This document shows positions 58,127 through 64,000 of a stretch of DNA of 64,000 nt, in pieces. Position 1 is the first letter of the stretch; each line of letters starts with the position of its first letter. The notes under the pieces are model-generated. The model was not told the DNA's origin, made no database searches, and saw only the letters and a program-made list of their open reading frames with translations. The stretch covers positions 288,001-352,000 of the forward strand of contig OZ242220.1 of the NCBI GenBank assembly GCA_965206745.1. The letters are read 5' to 3'. This DNA is from Nitrosopumilus sp. (GTDB lineage: Archaea; Thermoproteota; Nitrososphaeria; Nitrososphaerales; Nitrosopumilaceae). A program made the position numbers and the translations under genes.

Positions 58127-59389
58127 CTAGATCTCTTTCTGATCCCCCATGTAGCTCTGCAAAACCTTGGGAATTCTAATGTGACCATCCCCAGTCTGGA
58201 AATTTTCCATAATTGAGACCATGACCCTCGTAGTAGCTATCAGGGTGCTGTTTAGGGTGTGTACGTACTGTGTATCCTCGTTTGTCTTGTCTCTGAACCT
58301 GATCTTCAGCCGCCTTGCCTGATAGTCTAGACAGTTTGAGCACGAGACGATCTCCCTGTATGCGTTTTGGCCTGCCATCCATGCCTCGATATCGTATGTC
58401 TTGGCAGAGACCTTTCCCATGTCCCCTGATGATAGCAGCATGACTCTGTGCGGTATCTCCAAACTCTGATAGAACTCTTCGGCAACTGCCAGCATTCTTT
58501 CATGCTCCTTTTGGGACTCTTCAGGCCTTGAAAATACAAACTGCTCAATCTTGTCAAACTGGTGAACCCTAAAGATCCCTTTCTGGTCCCTTCCATGGGC
58601 ACCTGCCTCTTTTCTAAAGCACGGGCTGACCCCTGCATATCTTAACGGCAGATCCCCGCCTTCGAGGATCTCCTTTGCCCTCATTGCCGCCATGGCGTGC
58701 TCTGATGTTCCAATCATGTATAGATCCTCATCCTCAATCTTGTAGATGACCTCCTCAAAGTCATCGGCAATCACTGCCCCCTCCATGGATTCACGATTGA
58801 TCATGTATGGGGGCTGGACGAGCTGGTACTCTTTTTTTGCCAGAAAATCCAGTCCGTAGTGGATCAGCGACTGGTTCAGTCTTACAAGATCGTTTCTCAG
58901 GTAATAGAATCTGGCACCTGCCACCTTGGCTGCCCTTTCAAGATCCACCAAGCCCAGCTTCTCTGAGATGTCTATGTGGTCACTTATCTTAAAGTCAAAC
59001 TCTGGAACCTTCCCCCATCTTCTGATCTCCCTGTTTGCACTCTCTGCTCCCACGGGAACTGATTTGTCAATCATGTTGGGGATGGCAAATGCCAGTTTAG
59101 AGTACGTACCCTCAATCTCTGCCTGCTCTGACTCTAGCTTTGCAAGCTGCGATGAGACATTCTTCATTTCAGAGAGGATTGATGCTGCATCCTGGCCTGC
59201 CTTTTTTTTCTGAGAAATCTCCAGTCCCATCTGGTTCTTCCTTTTTCGCAGTTCATCAGTACTGATTATCAGTCTGTGTCTTTCCTTGTCTGACTCTATC
59301 AGCTGGTCCAGGTCAAAGTCGACATCCCTTGCCTTGAGCATGTCCCGGATGATCTGTGGCTTTTCTTTGAGCAGTTTTGGATCCAGCAT
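58127..59389 (-). CDS. serS: Seryl-tRNA synthetase
   Basis: GTSE, CFRKEAG, RVHQFDKIEQF, EIVSCSNC and HTLNST motifs. Confidence 0.97.
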   Translation of the reverse strand: MLDPKLLKEKPQIIRDMLKARDVDFDLDQLIESDKERHRLIISTDELRKRKNQMGLEISQKKKAGQDAASILSEMKNVSSQLAKLESEQAEIEGTYSKLAFAIPNMIDKSVPVGAESANREIRRWGKVPEFDFKISDHIDISEKLGLVDLERAAKVAGARFYYLRNDLVRLNQSLIHYGLDFLAKKEYQLVQPPYMINRESMEGAVIADDFEEVIYKIEDEDLYMIGTSEHAMAAMRAKEILEGGDLPLRYAGVSPCFRKEAGAHGRDQKGIFRVHQFDKIEQFVFSRPEESQKEHERMLAVAEEFYQSLEIPHRVMLLSSGDMGKVSAKTYDIEAWMAGQNAYREIVSCSNCLDYQARRLKIRFRDKTNEDTQYVHTLNSTLIATTRVMVSIMENFQTGDGHIRIPKVLQSYMGDQKEI

Positions 59390-59631
59390 TACTCTATCAC
59401 CTTTAATGCCACCTGGATATGTTCCATCACTTCATCAACCGTACTGGTCAGCTGCTTGATATTCTTTTTACCCTGAAAATTAAAGACCAGCCTGTTATCT
59501 GCATCCTCAATATGCAGGCTCAGTCCGTCTGGAAAATCCACGTTATCTGGCTCCAGAGCTCTCCTTACTGTTCTGGCCTTCTCTTTTGATATGTTACTGA
59601 GAGTTACCTGTACTTGACACGTTAACGACAT
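59389..59631 (-). CDS. pcc1: KEOPS subunit Pcc1
   Basis: ALEPDN motif; size; rps15-DHH-pcc1-rps3ae neighbourhood. Confidence 0.8.
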   Translation of the reverse strand: MSLTCQVQVTLSNISKEKARTVRRALEPDNVDFPDGLSLHIEDADNRLVFNFQGKKNIKQLTSTVDEVMEHIQVALKVIE

Positions 59632-61015
59632 TTACTTCTAAATAGTTGAGGAACTCATCTAATTTGTCTTTAGTTATCTTTGCCCCGGCAGCTGCATTGT
59701 GGCCTCCCCCTATGCCGTCAAATTTCTCAGCACCCGTCCTCATGATCTCGCTGAGATTGATATCTGATGCGCATCCAAAGGATTTTCTTGATGAGAACTT
59801 TATCGTGTTCTCCTCTGCCTTGGTTCTCAATATTATGATCTTCCCTGAGTTTTTCGGTGATCCTGCAATTAATGATGAGATCGTTCCAGTCATCGTCTCT
59901 GGGACTATCCCCTCCCCGTTTACCATTATGCACGTCTTGCTTTCAGAGACCCTCCATCTCTCATTTGATAAAATATTCATGTACTCTCGGATCATCTTTC
60001 TATAGTCTGTCAGAATGGTTTCTGCCTCCCTTAGGATCTTGTCCCTGTCCCCCATGCAGACTGCCATTCCGACTCCCGAACGGTTGATCCTCCCGCATGA
60101 GTTTAGCATGGTTGAAAACTCCCTGCCATCCCTTAGGAAACTCCTGCTGTCCTCCCTTGGGAACGTATAGGTGTACCCGATCAGCTCTGACATTATCTCA
60201 CCGGTGTCTTGTCCGGATGCAAACTTTACAATCGATTCAATGACCTGCCTTTTTTCATCCTCGTTTAGTTCGGCAGGCACCCTCCATCTTCCCTCCTCCT
60301 TGAGATTGACTCCAGAGGAGTTTAGCACTGAAAGGCACGTGTCCCTGTTCCAGGTCAGTCCTTCAATAAACGGCTGTGATGTAAATGCCAGGGCATCCAC
60401 AAGCGGTCTTGTCTCCCTTCCCACCAGCAGCAGATCCAGATCAACATCGACCAGGCCAAGCTCTTTGGCAGTATTGACAATCTCAAAATTTTTACCGGTA
60501 AATGACTTTCTCTCTCCCTGGTCCTGCCTATCGCCCAGTGCTGAAACGACTGCAATTGCAGAGAGATCCGAGTTTCTCTCATCAAGTGCCATCGATGCAA
60601 GGTATGCCATTCCTCCTGCACAGACATCGACTCCCCCGTCGATGCCGTACTTCCATGAGTTTATGACGTTTTGATTCTCAATCTCCTCGTCTGGAATCTG
60701 ATGATGATCCAAGACTATCCAGTCATCCCCCAGTGTCTTATCCAATTCTCCTGCAAAGCCTCCTGCCAGATCAGTCACTATGTGAAAATCCCGAGAATCT
60801 GTCCTGAAGGATTCCAGAACATTTCTGCTAAACTCCTTTGATGTCCTTACCGTACAGTTGGCACCTGCCCTGATTAGGGCCTTGGTGATGATGCTGCCTG
60901 ATGTCAGTCCGTCGCAGTCAATATGGGTTGTAACTGATATGGATTTTTTTGACTTTATGCAATCTAGAACTCTGTCCTTGAAAAATGAAAGTGATTCGTC
61001 AAGTGATTTTGTCAT
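59594..61015 (-). CDS. DHH phosphoesterase, RecJ/Cdc45-like (GAN)
   Basis: HIDCDG, LDHH, GDRQ, LNSCGR and GGGHNAAAG motifs. Confidence 0.92.
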   Translation of the reverse strand: MTKSLDESLSFFKDRVLDCIKSKKSISVTTHIDCDGLTSGSIITKALIRAGANCTVRTSKEFSRNVLESFRTDSRDFHIVTDLAGGFAGELDKTLGDDWIVLDHHQIPDEEIENQNVINSWKYGIDGGVDVCAGGMAYLASMALDERNSDLSAIAVVSALGDRQDQGERKSFTGKNFEIVNTAKELGLVDVDLDLLLVGRETRPLVDALAFTSQPFIEGLTWNRDTCLSVLNSSGVNLKEEGRWRVPAELNEDEKRQVIESIVKFASGQDTGEIMSELIGYTYTFPREDSRSFLRDGREFSTMLNSCGRINRSGVGMAVCMGDRDKILREAETILTDYRKMIREYMNILSNERWRVSESKTCIMVNGEGIVPETMTGTISSLIAGSPKNSGKIIILRTKAEENTIKFSSRKSFGCASDINLSEIMRTGAEKFDGIGGGHNAAAGAKITKDKLDEFLNYLEVNVVNVSSTGNSQ

Positions 61016-61464
61016 TATTTTAGTTGGGCAACCACGGATTTATACTTCCATGTTTTAGAAATCCTTCCAATTCTTTTGTAGTAGACTGATAGTCTGTGGA
61101 CCTTGGCCTCAATTAACTCCAAAGATCTGACGTTTCTATTGTCCCCCTTGTTCTCCTTGAGGTGCCTTTGAAGACCCACTGCTTTTCTAACAATATTTTC
61201 AAGGTCTTCGGGCATTTCGGCTTTTAAATCATTCTCCTCTAAAATCTGATCCATGCTCTTTTTGGTTACTGACTTTACCAGGGGAATGGAATGCTGATCT
61301 CTTAATTTAATTCCAATCTGACTGGGAGTCAGACCGTCTTTAGAATACTTTACTATCAATTCTTCAATCTCTGCAGGGCTCTGTGTGACCCATGAGGGCG
61401 TACGAAGCGTCGCCGGCCTAATAGAATGCGACTTTCCATGTCTGTGCGTGTGCATTCGTCCCAT
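61015..61464 (-). CDS. rps15: 30S ribosomal protein S15 (uS15)
   Basis: MGRMHT..HGKS.S, LRDQH, PEDL and LIEAKVHRL..YYK motifs. Confidence 0.97.
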   Translation of the reverse strand: MGRMHTHRHGKSHSIRPATLRTPSWVTQSPAEIEELIVKYSKDGLTPSQIGIKLRDQHSIPLVKSVTKKSMDQILEENDLKAEMPEDLENIVRKAVGLQRHLKENKGDNRNVRSLELIEAKVHRLSVYYKRIGRISKTWKYKSVVAQLK

Positions 61465-61588
61465 GATTTGGCTCATTATAAAGCAGAATTAAACGTTACT
61501 TATGCTGATCTCGTACATTATGCCGAAATTTGGCCTGTAGAATAAAAGTTAAATAAGTCCCATCTACAAAAGCCAACAGGTAAACTGT

Positions 61589-61921
61589 ATGAATACAAAA
61601 ATACTATTAGCAGCATCCTTAATTGCTGTATTCACTATGGGACTGTATGCAGAAAGTGCTGTAGCATTTGCACAATATCTGGGTAATGTCGGTAGTGCAG
61701 GAGAGACCGGATCATACACTTTGGAAGAAGCACTAGAGATTCAATCAAGGCGAGTGGCAGCAGCCGCAGCCAATCCAGGGGCTGGATCAGGGACTCCGTA
61801 TATTAGTCCAGATGGTGTCGTTGGAGCTGCAGTGATTGCAGGTGCCGTATTTGGCGGTGTTGCAGGCGCTTTCTTCATTAAAGGACGATCTGGTAAATAC
61901 GCAGCAATGGGCAGAGGATAA
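61589..61921 (+). CDS. Small secreted/membrane-anchored thaumarchaeal protein
   Basis: Signal peptide; Gly/Ala-rich C-terminal TM with basic tail; TATA upstream; T-tract downstream. Confidence 0.8.
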   Translation: MNTKILLAASLIAVFTMGLYAESAVAFAQYLGNVGSAGETGSYTLEEALEIQSRRVAAAAANPGAGSGTPYISPDGVVGAAVIAGAVFGGVAGAFFIKGRSGKYAAMGRG

Positions 61922-62050
61922 ACAAAACCTCAATTTTTCTCATTTTATTATCCCTTCCTAGCGTAGACTGGCTTTAAACTGTAAATACTGATCTCGTACC
62001 CTCCGGTGACAAAAGAAATGTATATATCGCACAAATAGAGTCAAACTATT

Positions 62051-62320
62051 ATGATTCCTATCGTAGGTACTTTCCTAAGCATCCTGTCTTCAATTACAGG
62101 ACAACTAGGACCAAACTACGACCCATTATTCTACGATGTAATGATTTACATCTTTGGAACCATCATGTTCACGGTATTCCTTCTTGGAGTTATCTCATTT
62201 TGGTTGCGTGTACACGGCTGGGCTTACAAAGACAACCGTGAGAGATGGGTTGATGAATTAGACAGACACTTTGAAAGAGAAGGCATCGGTCTTATTCCAG
62301 ACAACGGCAAATACTGGTAA
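62051..62320 (+). CDS. Single-TM small protein, probable ammonia monooxygenase subunit AmoZ
   Basis: 89 aa, one TM helix, own TATA box, three genes from amoB on the opposite strand; assignment from synteny and size only. Confidence 0.5.
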   Translation: MIPIVGTFLSILSSITGQLGPNYDPLFYDVMIYIFGTIMFTVFLLGVISFWLRVHGWAYKDNRERWVDELDRHFEREGIGLIPDNGKYW

Positions 62321-62410
62321 AATCACTTCTTCTTTTCATTATTTTTAAAATCTCCTAGTGTTTAGCATGATGAATTTTCAGAGTCTTGATATCTGCCAAA
62401 GTATGCGATG

Positions 62411-62950
62411 CTATCTTTCTAGTTCTGGCAGAAAGTCTTGGTCCTTTGATGTGTCATAGTCCTTTGTAGTGAACACACCCTTGTAGTGGTATCCGTCCTG
62501 TAACGGATGCTTGGTGAAATGCGGCGACTTTTTGTCATTGACATAGAAAGTTGACTTGTCCTGATCCATCTCCCTTAGGGGGAAATCCCACATCCACAAA
62601 AAGTGGCCTATCTCCCATGGATACTCTTCCTCCCATTCAACATAGATGGTTCCATCATCTGACAGCGTGTACATTGTTCTCTTGCATCCCTCATCATCCA
62701 GTCCCGCATTGATATTGGCAGGGATTGGTGCCTGGAAGCCGTCGATGATTAACTCCAGGGTGACCTTCATTTTATAGGGCGTCTCCCTGTCATTGATGCA
62801 GACCTTGAGGGGATCGTTTTGGCTGAACTGGCCCTGCAGGACGCTGCTGGCAGCTCCGACTGACATTGCTATTGCTGCTGTAATTATCAGAAATTTTATG
62901 GTCTTTTTTCTTTTGTACGGATCCCCCATTCCAGGATATTTCATCGTCAT
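62411..62950 (-). CDS. Membrane-anchored thaumarchaeal hypothetical protein
   Basis: N-terminal basic stretch plus TM, soluble domain with two Cys. Confidence 0.75.
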   Translation of the reverse strand: MTMKYPGMGDPYKRKKTIKFLIITAAIAMSVGAASSVLQGQFSQNDPLKVCINDRETPYKMKVTLELIIDGFQAPIPANINAGLDDEGCKRTMYTLSDDGTIYVEWEEEYPWEIGHFLWMWDFPLREMDQDKSTFYVNDKKSPHFTKHPLQDGYHYKGVFTTKDYDTSKDQDFLPELER

Positions 62951-62982
62951 GCCTCTGCTCGGATTCCTTAAAGTCCTTTCTC

Positions 62983-63297
62983 TTAATCGTGCATGATCTC
63001 AATGGTGTCGCACAAGTCCTGATGGTCTGCAAGAAAGTATGTTATCTCGTCTGAATCAATCTCTAGCCATTCTGACTCTCCCTTGTATGGAAGATAGTCC
63101 TCGATGAACAGATCATCTGGCCCTGATACCCTGACTAGAACCTTGTCATTTTTTGGCTTTATCGCAAAGGGCAGTTTTAGAACCTTGCCCCTCCTTTGGT
63201 TTTGTATGTTTACCTTGTATTTGTCAGACCTGAACTCTGTCTCTCCCAGAAAATAACTCTGGAAGATATCCATTTTTGTTATCTTGAAACTGATCAT
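62983..63297 (-). CDS. Thaumarchaeal hypothetical protein
   Basis: 104-aa ORF downstream of amoB (start may be the internal MDIFQ). Confidence 0.7.
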   Translation of the reverse strand: MISFKITKMDIFQSYFLGETEFRSDKYKVNIQNQRRGKVLKLPFAIKPKNDKVLVRVSGPDDLFIEDYLPYKGESEWLEIDSDEITYFLADHQDLCDTIEIMHD

Positions 63298-63386
63298 GTT
63301 TCTCTTGTTGCCTCATAGAAGATAAGACTTGCAGTTACGCCAACCGTAAGAGGTATCTATAAAATGAAAAGGAAAAGTTGGGTTGT

Positions 63387-63956
63387 TTAGATTACTTGCC
63401 AGGGTCGTGTTGCAAACGTAATGACATATCCTACACCGATAATGATTGATTGGTATGCGATGTTGGTATATGGGATTGGTTTGATAATTGGTTCCCCTTC
63501 AACTACTACTGTTTGACCTGGACCTAGTCCCGGACCAACTTGTGCAACGTTGAGTTGGGTGTGTACGTGGTATACACCTGCTTCAAGTGCTTTGGCAGAC
63601 AGTGAGTACTCGATGACTGAGTTGCCTGGAATGTCAAAGACGTTTCCTGGTGGGTCTCTTGCCAACATCTCCCATCTGTTACCTGCATTGGTTGATTCTG
63701 TGAAAATGGATAGCCATCCTCTTAGGTCTCTTTCTACTAAACTGATTAGAGTTCCTTGAACTGTCAAGTTTTCGCCAGTTTGTAGGGATTGTCTGTTGAA
63801 GGTTTCATCCTCAATTCTGATAAAACGACTCTGGAGTTGTGCTTGGACACCGTGTGCATCTGCAGTTGGAAGTACGGATTCAACCCAGTTGAAACCTAGT
63901 GTTCCTAGTGCAAGTACTACAGCAAGTCCAAATACGAAAATTCTTTTTTCTACCAT
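63387..63956 (-). CDS. amoB: Archaeal ammonia monooxygenase subunit B
   Basis: Signal peptide then AHGVQAQLQSRF; GVYHVHTQL; C-terminal FATRPWQVI. Confidence 0.97.
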   Translation of the reverse strand: MVEKRIFVFGLAVVLALGTLGFNWVESVLPTADAHGVQAQLQSRFIRIEDETFNRQSLQTGENLTVQGTLISLVERDLRGWLSIFTESTNAGNRWEMLARDPPGNVFDIPGNSVIEYSLSAKALEAGVYHVHTQLNVAQVGPGLGPGQTVVVEGEPIIKPIPYTNIAYQSIIIGVGYVITFATRPWQVI

Positions 63957-64000
63957 AGTTATCCCTAAATTCAGGAAACAAAGCACGTCGTTATATGTTT

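Overview
64-kb chromosomal segment of an ammonia-oxidising archaeon (Nitrosopumilaceae-like Thaumarchaeota), identified from amoB at the right end, the Rieske/cytochrome b/cupredoxin complex III, TBP, archaeal ribosomal proteins, KEOPS, TgtA and Taw1. Core operons are visibly GC-richer and include hisBHAFI, thrC plus a Ubl-E1 fusion, an S8 protease, tRNA-modification genes and an rps15-recJ-pcc1-serS-rps3ae cluster. AT-rich accessory inserts interrupt them. These carry (i) a family of secreted Tyr-zipper/Pro-stalk/MORN-variant-repeat proteins (3 intact genes plus 2 relics), (ii) a PEQPT-repeat surface protein with a frameshifted tail, (iii) an orphan YwgA-like gene next to tRNA-Arg, and (iv) the most interesting element: a DUF3800-like RNase-H-fold gene facing a small structured RNA that has its own promoter and occurs in two diverged copies whose stem differences are all G-C/G-U compatible. 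Also present are three thrombospondin type-3 repeat genes, a C/D-box sRNA candidate and a probable amoZ. No CRISPR array, transposase, integrase or reverse transcriptase was seen. All family calls are by motif recognition only; no database search was run.
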